The notes below the pieces were generated by a model that did not search any database, was not told the origin of the DNA, and worked only from the letters and a program-made list of their open reading frames with translations. DNA of 64,000 bases from assembly GCA_019358915.1 (NCBI GenBank), contig JAHHIM010000005.1, positions 112,111-176,110 of the forward strand, given 5' to 3'. Numbering within the stretch: position 1 is the stretch's first letter; each line of letters begins with the position of its first letter. Position numbers and translations under genes: made by a program. The stretch is from Trichormus sp. ATA11-4-KO1. GTDB lineage: Bacteria; Cyanobacteriota; Cyanobacteriia; Cyanobacteriales; Nostocaceae. Of this stretch, positions 53,010-62,632 are shown piece after piece.

Positions 53010-54194
53010 TTAAAAAACCCCAACCTTATCTAATCTTTCCCAGGGAAGTTCCATATCATCTCTACCTACATGACCATAGGCGGCAAGTTTTCTATAAAAA
53101 CCACCTTTAGTTAATGAAGGTAAATGTCTTAAATTAAATTGTTTAATAATACCCGCAAGGCGAAAATCAAAATACTTTTCTAAAACAGTTGTGATTTCTT
53201 CATCAGAAATTTTGCCTGTACCAAAAGTTTCTACTTGGACACTGACAGGTCTAGATAAGCCAATAGAGTAACTTAACTGTACTTCACATTCATCAGCAAG
53301 TTTTGCCGCTACCACATTTTTAGCCGCATAACGAGCGACATATGCGCCTACTCTATCTATCCTAATGGGATCTTTACCACTTAAAGCCGAACCACTATGT
53401 TTAGAATATTCGCCGTAAGTATCTATGGCATTTTTTCTCCCTGTTAACCCAGAATGCACAGCAGGCCCCCCTCTAATAAATGGCCCATCAGGATTAATAA
53501 ATATTCTGGTTTTTTCATCTGGTTTAATTTCTTCATTTTCAAATATAGGATAAATTACAGCTTCTCGAATATCATTTTGTAATTGCGGAAAATTTGGTTT
53601 TGATTCTTTGTTCTGACTAGCAATTACTGTAATGCTATGAATTCTATGGGGACGGCGATTTTTATATTCTACTCCTACTTGAGTTTTGCCATCAGGAGTA
53701 AGATAAGGCAGAATTTTTTGGCGTTTGACTTCACTAATTCGCTTGGCAAGTTTGTGTGCTAGCCATATTGGTAGTGGCATCAAATTATAAGTTTGATTAC
53801 AAGCAAAACCAAACACTGTTACTTGATTGGTAACAGTAATTTGCTCTATTTCTGCATCAGATAATTTTTTTTCATCAAACAAATGGCTAGGATCTGGTGG
53901 CAATTCTGTGAGGCTTGTCAAAATACTACAGGTCTTTCCATTAAAATTAGACTGTTCATAACCAACCTGATTAATCACTTGTCTAGCTATATTCGTGAAA
54001 TCTACATTAGTGTTAGGTTCAAATCTTGCTGCTATAAAAACAATGCCTGTAGACACCACAGATTCTGTTATTACTCTAGCGTAGGGGTCTTGTTGTAAAA
54101 AACGATCCACGATCGCATCACTAATTTGATCACAAAGTTTATCAGGATGCCCCTCAGTTACAGATTCAGATGTAAACATGAAGTCTTTTTTCAT
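53010..54194 (-). CDS. metK: methionine adenosyltransferase (MetK)-like paralogue with divergent substrate pocket
   Basis: FTSESVTEGHPDK, PDGKTQV, GLTGRK, SGKDP..IDR, AAYGH retained; GAGDQG and other Met-binding motifs replaced. Confidence 0.85.
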   Translation of the reverse strand: MKKDFMFTSESVTEGHPDKLCDQISDAIVDRFLQQDPYARVITESVVSTGIVFIAARFEPNTNVDFTNIARQVINQVGYEQSNFNGKTCSILTSLTELPPDPSHLFDEKKLSDAEIEQITVTNQVTVFGFACNQTYNLMPLPIWLAHKLAKRISEVKRQKILPYLTPDGKTQVGVEYKNRRPHRIHSITVIASQNKESKPNFPQLQNDIREAVIYPIFENEEIKPDEKTRIFINPDGPFIRGGPAVHSGLTGRKNAIDTYGEYSKHSGSALSGKDPIRIDRVGAYVARYAAKNVVAAKLADECEVQLSYSIGLSRPVSVQVETFGTGKISDEEITTVLEKYFDFRLAGIIKQFNLRHLPSLTKGGFYRKLAAYGHVGRDDMELPWERLDKVGVF

Positions 54195-54327
54195 AAATTT
54201 CACCTCAGTTATGAGACTTCTACTCTACTAAGTAGGATTTTCTCTACTTTTCCTTCTTACTTTATGTACTTTGCGGTTTGTTCTCTTACCCCTGATAATT
54301 AATGCAATCAAGCCCGTAATGAGGGAT

Positions 54328-57312
54328 TTATCCCTCATTACGGGCTTGATTCTTAGTACCTTCATTGATTAGCAAAGGCAGCAAAGCACCACCACCAATT
54401 ACAGCACTATCCACAAAACTAATCGGGGTAATCTTTAATAAATTCCTCAGTGGTGGAATAGCTACAGCTAGAAGTTGGATGGCAAAAGAACCTGTAATAG
54501 CTGCATTTAAGTAGGGATTATTTGGTAGTTTTTCTTGACTAAATATGCTGTTTGTTTCTGAACGGCAGCTAATTGTGTGTAGTAGTTGCCCAGTTGTTAG
54601 CGTCATACAAGCCACAGTACTGGCCCTGGCTCCAATGCCATATCTGAGAATGGCGTAGCCATAGGCTGCTAGAGTACTTACAGATAGTATTGCTGACTCA
54701 AAAATAATTCTGCCAAAGTCTGAGTTTTTGATGATTGGTTCATTTGGGTTGCGGGGTGGCTGACTTAATACGTCAGGTTCTGGTGCTTCCATCGCTAGAG
54801 ACAAACCAGGGAAAATGTCGCTGACTAAATTCAGCCACAGCAGTTGGATAGCATTTAAGGGTTCGCCTAAATTACATGCTGTACCGATGGTCATAACCAT
54901 GATTTCGCTGAGGTTGGTGGCTAGGAGGAAATGCACAGATTTTCTAATGTTGTTATAGATTGTCCGTCCCCGACTGACAGCAATGATCATGGTTTCTAGT
55001 CTGTCATCTTCCAAGACAATATCTGCAACTTCACGCGCTACATCGGTTCCTCCTTGGCCCATTGCCACACCTACTTGTGCTACCTTCAGAGCTGGTGCAT
55101 CGTTAATACCATCGCCGGTCATGGCGACTACTTTGCCAGCTGCTTGCAGAGCCTGGACAATTTGCAGTTTATTACTAGGGCTAATCCGGGCAAAAATATT
55201 TACTTTGTCACTAAGTGCTGTTAGTGCTTCAGGTGTGAGATTGTTGAGGTTGGTGGAATCAAGAATTTCTAGTTGGGGATTTCGACTCAAATTTAATTCT
55301 TTAGCGATCGCATAAGCAGTTGGGCTTTGATCTCCGGTAATCATCACTGTATCAATGCCAGCTTGATGAAAGTCCCTAATTAATTCTTTTGCGCCTTTTC
55401 TGATAGGGTCTGTCATCCCTACCAAACCCAGCCATATCAGGTCTGATTCGTGATTATTGCCGTTGTGACTTTTATCAATATAGCTGTAGGCTACACCCAG
55501 CACCCGTAGTGCCTGACCCGCCATGCGATCGTTGGCAATTTCTATTGTCCGTCTGTCTTCTGCGGTGAAAGGCAGTACTTGTCCATTTTTCATCCACCAT
55601 TGGCATATCTGCATAATTTCGGCGGGATTACCTTTGACAGCAATCAACTTGTGATCATCGTCAGTCTGATGAATTGTACTCATAAGGTTACGGTTTTCCG
55701 ATCGCAGGTTGGTTTGCTGCAATTGATACTTTTGTCTTAGGGCGATGACATCTACCCCAACATTAATTGCTGTGTAAATCAGGGCATTTTCTGTGGCTGA
55801 ACCTGTGACTACGTACTCACCATTATTTTGTCGGCTAACTTCACTTTCGTTACACAGAACCGATATATGAATCAGCTTTAATAGTTCATCGTTGGTATAA
55901 GGGTTAATCTTCTCTTCCCCAGCCAGCAATTCACCGTCAGATACTGTAATGTGTTGAGTGTTTGTCTGGATCTCCACCACTGACATTTTGTTTTCTGTAA
56001 TTGTCCCGGTTTTATCCAGACAAATTGTCTGTACTGAACCCAAGGCTTCCACCGCGCTGAGACTGCGGACGAGGACGTTGTTTTTCCTCATATCTCGGAT
56101 GCCTAAAGCTAAGGTTGTGGTGGCAATTGTCGGTAATCCTTCGGGAACCGCCGCCACCGCCAGGGATATACATGATTGCAGCATTGCTAGTAAACCATAT
56201 CCCCGCAGGACTCCCAAACCAAAGACAAAACTGCAAATTCCCATGCCAATTAACACTAGTTGACTACCTACCTCGTCTAGTTGTCTTTCTAGAGGTGTGT
56301 CTGTGGCAATAGCTTCGCCAACTAGTTGTTGGATCTTGCCCATTTCGGTAAATTTGCCTGTGGCTACAACTACAGCCAGTCCTTGACCGCCAGTGACTAA
56401 AGTCCCTTGATAAACCATATTCAGGCGATCGGCGATCGCTATATTTTCCACAGACACAGAGCCAGTAGTTTTTGTGATGGGAATACTCTCGCCAGTGAGG
56501 GCAGATTCATCAATACTTAAGTTATCTGCCTCAATTAGTCGAGCATCTGCTGCTACATAACTACCAGGTTTGAGAAATAATATGTCTCCTATGACCACAT
56601 CTTCTGTAGGGATTTCTATTTGGCGACTATCTCTAATTACCCAAATTGATGTTTGTTCCTGACTTTTGAGAGAGTAAATAATTCTGGCTGATTGGGTTTC
56701 TGTGGTGTAACCAATTACGGCATTTAGACCAACAACCCCCATAATTACTACAGCATCCATCATACCGCCAGTAACCAGAGAAATTCCCGCAGCCGCCCCA
56801 AGTAAAGCCACTGGTAGAGATTTGAACTGGTCAATTAAAATATGCCAATAGGAACGCGTCGTTACTTCAGATAAAACATTAGGGCCATATTTAGTTAAAT
56901 TTGCTATGGCAGACTCACTAGATAAGCCTGATGTTTTTGAAGTATTTAATGTCTTTAGTACACTCTCTGCTGTGATTAAATGCCAATTCTCTCTTTTTTG
57001 CTCTTGGGCATTAACAACAGTTAATTTCGGTTTTTTTAGAGTTTTTGATAATTTATTTGCCTGAGATAACCCACTCTTTTTTTGATAATCTTTGACAGCT
57101 TGATCAATTAGTGATGATATTTGATGAATGCTATTTTTCTTGTTAAAATAAACTAGAATATTGCTCGTTAAAGAGTTGGCAGCAACGTAAATTATTTCTG
57201 GGTTTTTCGCAAGCGATCGCTCTAAGTATCTTTGTAAAGATGGTGAGTGATAAAGTTCTTTTACTTTGTATCTCGCTCTCCCTTTAACACTAGTATGTAT
57301 TGCTTGAATCAC
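54328..57312 (-). CDS. P-type cation ATPase (IIA Ca2+-like) with N-terminal HMA2-like domain
   Basis: TGES, VPEGL, DKTGT, TGD, GDGINDAP, TNLSE, WLNLVSD; N-terminal IHTSVKGRARYKV. Confidence 0.92.
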   Translation of the reverse strand: MIQAIHTSVKGRARYKVKELYHSPSLQRYLERSLAKNPEIIYVAANSLTSNILVYFNKKNSIHQISSLIDQAVKDYQKKSGLSQANKLSKTLKKPKLTVVNAQEQKRENWHLITAESVLKTLNTSKTSGLSSESAIANLTKYGPNVLSEVTTRSYWHILIDQFKSLPVALLGAAAGISLVTGGMMDAVVIMGVVGLNAVIGYTTETQSARIIYSLKSQEQTSIWVIRDSRQIEIPTEDVVIGDILFLKPGSYVAADARLIEADNLSIDESALTGESIPITKTTGSVSVENIAIADRLNMVYQGTLVTGGQGLAVVVATGKFTEMGKIQQLVGEAIATDTPLERQLDEVGSQLVLIGMGICSFVFGLGVLRGYGLLAMLQSCISLAVAAVPEGLPTIATTTLALGIRDMRKNNVLVRSLSAVEALGSVQTICLDKTGTITENKMSVVEIQTNTQHITVSDGELLAGEEKINPYTNDELLKLIHISVLCNESEVSRQNNGEYVVTGSATENALIYTAINVGVDVIALRQKYQLQQTNLRSENRNLMSTIHQTDDDHKLIAVKGNPAEIMQICQWWMKNGQVLPFTAEDRRTIEIANDRMAGQALRVLGVAYSYIDKSHNGNNHESDLIWLGLVGMTDPIRKGAKELIRDFHQAGIDTVMITGDQSPTAYAIAKELNLSRNPQLEILDSTNLNNLTPEALTALSDKVNIFARISPSNKLQIVQALQAAGKVVAMTGDGINDAPALKVAQVGVAMGQGGTDVAREVADIVLEDDRLETMIIAVSRGRTIYNNIRKSVHFLLATNLSEIMVMTIGTACNLGEPLNAIQLLWLNLVSDIFPGLSLAMEAPEPDVLSQPPRNPNEPIIKNSDFGRIIFESAILSVSTLAAYGYAILRYGIGARASTVACMTLTTGQLLHTISCRSETNSIFSQEKLPNNPYLNAAITGSFAIQLLAVAIPPLRNLLKITPISFVDSAVIGGGALLPLLINEGTKNQARNEG

Positions 57313-57453
57313 AGCAAATTTTGCTCCTTTAATGCCCCTAAAACATCGCTGGGCTGTAATTTATATGCTTAATTTAATTATAGTTATCAGACTGAAACTT
57401 CCGAATCTCCATACTATTAAAACTTGTAAATTTTCAGCCTATGACATTTTTAG

Positions 57454-58005
57454 CTAATCTCTAGGTAAGTTTGATAACCGTAACTCATATTCCTTGTTTA
57501 GTTTGACAAAAGTATCAAAGGTAAACCATGCCAATACATACCAGGGAATTGCGTCAAGTTGTAGTCCCTGCTTTAGCAACTGTCGGATAGTAAACAAACC
57601 CAACACTACAGGAACTAGCAACCGCAAATCTGCTACACCGTTTGTCATTCTACTGACATCACTGTTGAGGTCAGACATGACATTGAGAAAATCTTGAGCT
57701 ATTTCAGATTTACCATCTGTTAAATATTGTTGAGTAGTTCTAGAATTAATTTTATCCCGCCTTTCTTTCGTGAAATAGGTATTGACTTCTGCTGCCACAT
57801 TTTCAAATACATCTTCTGCTTCCATGATTCCTTGTTGCAACCTTTCAGACAAAGCCATACCCTCTCTAATAGTAGTTTTGACTACAGGCTGTTTTACAGC
57901 TTCAGCAACAGGAATAATCAGAGGTGAACAAATTATTGCTGTGAGACTGTCAACAATTTCAGGCAGATTAATTTCTGGCAAATCAATTGTAGATGTCATT
58001 TGCAA
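57454..58005 (-). CDS. hypothetical P-type ATPase-associated protein (DUF5132-like)
   Basis: KTTIREG..L helix, DLRLLVP..LG...RQL...PWY.LAW; directly upstream of the ATPase. Confidence 0.65.
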   Translation of the reverse strand: MQMTSTIDLPEINLPEIVDSLTAIICSPLIIPVAEAVKQPVVKTTIREGMALSERLQQGIMEAEDVFENVAAEVNTYFTKERRDKINSRTTQQYLTDGKSEIAQDFLNVMSDLNSDVSRMTNGVADLRLLVPVVLGLFTIRQLLKQGLQLDAIPWYVLAWFTFDTFVKLNKEYELRLSNLPRD

Positions 58006-58317
58006 ATCTTCTTCAAAAATAAGGAATTAACCTACAAGCGTAATTACTTATGTCTCTAATTTCATCAGCCTAAAGTTACAGAAATAGTGTCAAAGAGGCG
58101 GAGGGAGAGAGAACTTATATTATTACTCTCTCCTATTCCCGTTCGACTATGCTCACGGCAAGTTCGCTCTCCTATATTTCTATGGTTATACATTAGAAAA
58201 ATACTGTTAGTAAAATTCCATCTCTAGAGTCACGTTATTGACAAGAAAAACCCTTAATACTGAATAAAGAGCCTTACTAGCTCTTGTAGACAATGATTAC
58301 TCTGGAAAACAAAATAA

Positions 58318-58764
58318 ATGACAACTTCTACAGACCGTGATCAACAAGTTCAACAGCTACGCGAAATAATTGCCGATATTAACTGTGGCATGTTTACCAC
58401 ACTTGACCAAAATGGCAACTTACACAGTTGTCCCATGTGCAAAAGTGGTGAAATTAGCTCTGATGGCGCACTTTGGTTTTTTACCTATGCACATTCCCAG
58501 AAAGTAACTGATATTCAACACCATCAGCAGGTCAATGTGAGTTTTACGTCACCTGATCAGCAGCAATATATTTCCATATCAGGTACAGCACAACTAGTGA
58601 GAGACCGCAACAAGATGCAAGAACATTGGCAGCCAGAACTTCACACTTGGTTACCCAAAGGACTAGATGAACCCGATATTATTTTGCTCAAGGTGAATAT
58701 GAACAAAGCTGATTACTGGGATAGTCTATCAAGCATTCATCCACAAATAATTGAGTTGAGTTGA
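58318..58764 (+). CDS. pyridoxamine 5'-phosphate oxidase-like / general stress protein 26
   Basis: GMFTT..G.LHSCPM, LWFFT, YISISG, ADYWD. Confidence 0.88.
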   Translation: MTTSTDRDQQVQQLREIIADINCGMFTTLDQNGNLHSCPMCKSGEISSDGALWFFTYAHSQKVTDIQHHQQVNVSFTSPDQQQYISISGTAQLVRDRNKMQEHWQPELHTWLPKGLDEPDIILLKVNMNKADYWDSLSSIHPQIIELS

Positions 58765-58801
58765 ATCCCACATCCACAATCTCTCGTAAGAAATAGCGTT
58801 T

Positions 58802-59041
58802 ATGCCTTACCAACAGATTGAGGACTTACCAGATATAGTCAAAGAAAACTTACCTAAACACGGCCAAGAAATTTTTCGGGCTGCATTTAATAGTGCTGAA
58901 GAACAATACAAAGAAGAAGAGCGCGCCTTTCGTGTTGCTTGGAGTGCAGTCAAGCGCGTTTACAAAAAACAAAAAGCCAGAATAGCTTTCAGTAGTGCTA
59001 TAGCGTTTCCTAATCTGCTGAAGTACTTAATACATCGCTAA
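58802..59041 (+). CDS. chaB: ChaB family protein (ORF tail runs into a MITE)
   Basis: MPY..IEDLP..VK..LPKHGQEIFRAAFNSA...AWSAVKR.Y. Confidence 0.85.
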   Translation: MPYQQIEDLPDIVKENLPKHGQEIFRAAFNSAEEQYKEEERAFRVAWSAVKRVYKKQKARIAFSSAIAFPNLLKYLIHR

Positions 59042-59250
59042 TAAAATTTGACAATTTTTGCGTAACGCTGCGCTACCTTAGCGTTCCTCTGCGTTAAAAA
59101 ATATGGCGTTGCTGAATCAGAATATGAAATACTAAAATCACCCTGATTTTTCTTTGTACCTTTGCGCCTTTGCGCGAGATAAATTCATATTTTCAATCAG
59201 CAACGCCAAAAATATTAGTTCTGTACCTCACTTAATTGGGAATCGCTATA
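58999..59250. mobile_element. nested MITE-like elements
   Basis: Outer ends TATAGCGTTTCC / GGAATCGCTATA; inner 59104-59208 ends TGGCGTTGCTGA / TCAGCAACGCCA. Confidence 0.65.
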
Positions 59251-59483
59251 AGTGCTGAGTAGCACTCTATAAATAGATGTAATCTTCCTTGTAAAAAATA
59301 AGTTCTTTCTTAAGTTAGAAGCTAAACAAAATACTAGCAGTTATTTTGCTTAGTAGCAGTAGTAGTAAATGAATTATCCTGGGAAATTTCAAATCTGAAA
59401 GTAATAGACTTGATTCCTCAAATTTATTTGCTGGAAATTTGCAAGCTTCCCAGGTTACTTAACTCTGCTAAAAGTAGCAACAC

Positions 59484-59600
59484 TAAGTAGGTGGGTGGGA
59501 AAATTTATCGCTAGGATAAGGCAGAAGGCAGAAGGGAAGAGGGTTTTAAGCTGATTCATTTTTCTTTACATAGTTGATTTTATTTGTGCCTACCTACTTA
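59484..59600. mobile_element. MITE-like element
   Basis: TAAGTAGGTGGG ... CCTACCTACTTA inverted termini. Confidence 0.5.
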
Positions 59601-59742
59601 ATCACAAAATATGTAATCATAGCGGGATTATGTATTATTGCTGCTGGATCAAAAATTTTGTTAGTGAATGCGATCGCCTCAATCACCTCAATTTAATACA
59701 TATATTAAGTTTGAAGTAAATACCTCCTCAGAATAGCTGGTT

Positions 59743-60258
59743 ATGAATTACCTTGTTGCAGTCTTACCAGACCGAATCCAAGCAGAAACCGCCTACTCGG
59801 CACTAGAAACCGAAAACTTGCCTACCTCACAAGTCCATATTTTGGGCAAGGGTTATCAAAGTGCTGATGAATTTGGACTCATTGATCCCAATAAACAAGC
59901 CAGTAAACAAGTCAATAAGCTCATTTACTGGCTCATACCTTTTGGCTTTTTAGCAGGTTTTGCCTTCAACTTGCTTACGGGAATCGACATTCTTCCTCAA
60001 ACTACCGCATTTGCCAATCATCTTATTGGTGGTTTATTAGGCGCTGCATCGGGTGCTTTAGGAGCTTATTTAATTGGTGGAGGAGTTGGTTTAACAGTTG
60101 GTAGTGGTGATGCTTTGTCTTACCGTAATCGTCTGAATGCTGGCAAATACCTGATTGTGGTTACAGGAAATGAAGACTTGATCCGCCAAGCTACTCGCAT
60201 CCTGCGTCAATTTGAACCGGAAAATATTCAAGGATATACAGATTATCAAACTGCTTGA
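59743..60258 (+). CDS. hypothetical membrane protein (general-stress-like)
   Basis: MNYLVAVL..R, two Gly-rich TM segments, YRNRLNAGKYLIVV. Confidence 0.8.
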   Translation: MNYLVAVLPDRIQAETAYSALETENLPTSQVHILGKGYQSADEFGLIDPNKQASKQVNKLIYWLIPFGFLAGFAFNLLTGIDILPQTTAFANHLIGGLLGAASGALGAYLIGGGVGLTVGSGDALSYRNRLNAGKYLIVVTGNEDLIRQATRILRQFEPENIQGYTDYQTA

Positions 60259-60312
60259 TTGACCTCATACAAGATTCAAAGAACCTTCTCTGGTGTAGCG
60301 TCCCATCAGTTC

Positions 60313-60994
60313 TAAAATCGTCTAGGGTACGCTTTTTTCTAGCCTTGGCCTTAGCACTATCACTCGAATTTGCCTTGACAATAGATTCTTGTTGAATTTG
60401 AGCTTGTTCCCAATCATCCTCATCAAATAAAATCGGAGCTAAACGAGAACGCATATGCCACTCGACATAGTAGGCTAACATACACAAAAATACATGGGCT
60501 TTAACTCGTTGTGCTGTGTAATGATAGATTGGTCGAACTTTTAAATCAACAGTTTGAAAACTACGGAAAGCCTGTTCGACTAGGAAAAGACTTTTATAAG
60601 CTTTGACAGTATCTTCGGCAGATAAAATTTTAGGTGCTACAGATGTACGAATGATGTACAAGCCATCTAAAGCCGCTTCTGAAACGCTTCAGGTAAAGTC
60701 TCAATTGCCGTCCCACCCTTTAACAGTAACTGTAAACCATCTATCGCATGGTCTGGTAATTTTGAGAGGTTAGCTAGAGTACGTTTACGTACTTTATCTC
60801 CTTCACGATAGGACTCGCGAAGTAACACAGCTGGTGGAGAGTTTCTATTGGTATTCTTTCTATATACATGGCTACACTAATCTAAAATAATTCTAAAATT
60901 ACATGGGTACAAATATGCGACTTTAAAAGCCTACATCGCTTTCCATACAGGCTTTTTATGGGTATTTAGTACATTTGCACGGGGGGAAGTTCAG
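60313..60994 (-). mobile_element. IS1634-family element remnant (frameshift, internal deletion, one end missing)
   Basis: Terminus CTGAACTTCC at 60994; LLRESYREGDKVRKRTLANLS joined to ALDGLYIIRTS...VEQAFRS...RPIYH...HVFLCMLAY. Confidence 0.85.
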
Positions 60995-61067
60995 CATAAA
61001 GAATTAACTACACACATCACCAGCAAACTGCGGAGTATCTTGGAAATAGAAGTTTAATAGTTGTTGA

Positions 61068-61391
61068 GTGGGGATCATGAATACACAAGAATTCCTACGA
61101 TTGATTGAAAAACAGCGCTCATGTCCCCAGACATTACCGAAAGCGCTGCAAGCACTGTGGTATGAAAAACAAGGTGATTGGAACAACGCTCACGAAATAG
61201 TGCAAAATGCCAATGATGCTGATAGCGCTTGGGTTCATGCCTATCTACATCGCAAAGAAGGTGATTTGAGCAATGCGCGTTACTGGTATCAACGCAGTCA
61301 TCAGCCAGAGTGCCTAGAAGAGCTAAATCAGGAATGGGAAAATATTACTTCTTATTTATTAAAGAAGATTAACGAAACTCATGGATGCTAA
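61068..61391 (+). CDS. conserved hypothetical protein
   Basis: GDW..AH..VQ...AWVHAYLHRKEGDLSNARYWY motif. Confidence 0.8.
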   Translation: MGIMNTQEFLRLIEKQRSCPQTLPKALQALWYEKQGDWNNAHEIVQNANDADSAWVHAYLHRKEGDLSNARYWYQRSHQPECLEELNQEWENITSYLLKKINETHGC

Positions 61392-61749
61392 AGAACTAAA
61401 GCGGCGTTATGCCTTGGGAGAGAGATATTTTCCCGCCGTGAACTTGAGTAGAGCCAAGCTAATTGGAGCCGATTTGCCGGGAATCAATTTGTGGGGAGCG
61501 AATTTGAGTCTCGCTAATTTAGCTAAAGCCAAACTCTGGGGAGCAGACTTGAGTAGAGCTAACCTAGCCAAAGCGAATTTGACTAAAGCTAATTTGTCTG
61601 GCGTTAAACTGAATGAGGCAAATCTCCGGGGAGCCAAACTCAATTTAGCTAAGTTGTATGGAGCAGACCTGAGAGGGGCTTACTATGATGAAAGTACCCG
61701 GTTTTCTAAAGGTTTTGACCCCATCAGTAGAAATATGCAAAGACTTTAA
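61381..61749 (+). CDS. pentapeptide repeat protein
   Basis: RYALGER.F plus A(N/D)L repeats. Confidence 0.92.
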   Translation: MDAKELKRRYALGERYFPAVNLSRAKLIGADLPGINLWGANLSLANLAKAKLWGADLSRANLAKANLTKANLSGVKLNEANLRGAKLNLAKLYGADLRGAYYDESTRFSKGFDPISRNMQRL

Positions 61750-61768
61750 TTGTGTTTTAAATTCCCAA

Positions 61769-62584
61769 TTACAACTCCTCAGCTTCAGGAAGCGGGAATA
61801 TTTCGCCGTCTAAGTAAGCCTGAAAGTGCTTTTGGAAGTACAGCCAAGAAGTCATATCTTCCCCATCTGAGAATAATTTCGGGGCTTGTTTATACAGAGG
61901 AACGCGGTTATTGATTTGCGCCTGAAGCAACTGGGGCAACTCTGTAAAACCATTTACTTTACTCCCAGCAGCACTATAGATAAGATAACCGGAGCGCTCG
62001 CCCATTTTCATCCAAGGCAACCATTGACCAATTCTATCCCAACTAAGTCTGAGTTGAGACACTGAGACTAGTTCAGAATTGAATAAATCGGCGGTTGGCA
62101 CAGCCAGTTTGAACAATTCCGTTGCCTGATAAGTTGGATAGGGGCTGTATTCAGCAAATACAGGATCTTCAGCCAGTGGATTGGGATAAGTGGGAAAAAT
62201 ATCAAAAACAAAAGTTGTAGTATCTCCCTCAACTTGTGCAGGAAATTTGCCTTGAAACTGACCCTGCACAGGATTATTAGCAACGTGCATTACAGGTACA
62301 GTTTCCCCTGTCCAGGGGTTCTCCCATTTTTGCAGAATCTCATTTGTCTGTGGGTTGAGGTAGTAAGTCAATTCCCTAGAAGTAAAATCCCAACTACCTT
62401 CTGCTGTGGGAATGCACCTACTGACGCTGACTCCCGACATTTTAAACAGAAGTTTTCGCTTCTCACCAGGGATAAAACTGTAAATTTTACCTGTCCAAAT
62501 GAGGAAAGTGGATTGGCTAGAATCAAGGGAAGAACGAGTTTTCACCCATTGCTCAGCATCCAATTCTTGAATTTGTGCAACCAT
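61769..62584 (-). CDS. DUF1838 family protein
   Basis: SREL.YY.P...W.NPWTGE...NNPV; WLPWMKMG; AGGAG RBS before 62584. Confidence 0.8.
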   Translation of the reverse strand: MVAQIQELDAEQWVKTRSSLDSSQSTFLIWTGKIYSFIPGEKRKLLFKMSGVSVSRCIPTAEGSWDFTSRELTYYLNPQTNEILQKWENPWTGETVPVMHVANNPVQGQFQGKFPAQVEGDTTTFVFDIFPTYPNPLAEDPVFAEYSPYPTYQATELFKLAVPTADLFNSELVSVSQLRLSWDRIGQWLPWMKMGERSGYLIYSAAGSKVNGFTELPQLLQAQINNRVPLYKQAPKLFSDGEDMTSWLYFQKHFQAYLDGEIFPLPEAEEL

Positions 62585-62632
62585 CTCCTGTCTCCTTTGC
62601 TTTTTCCGTGTTTCCAGACTTGACGGCAAAAG

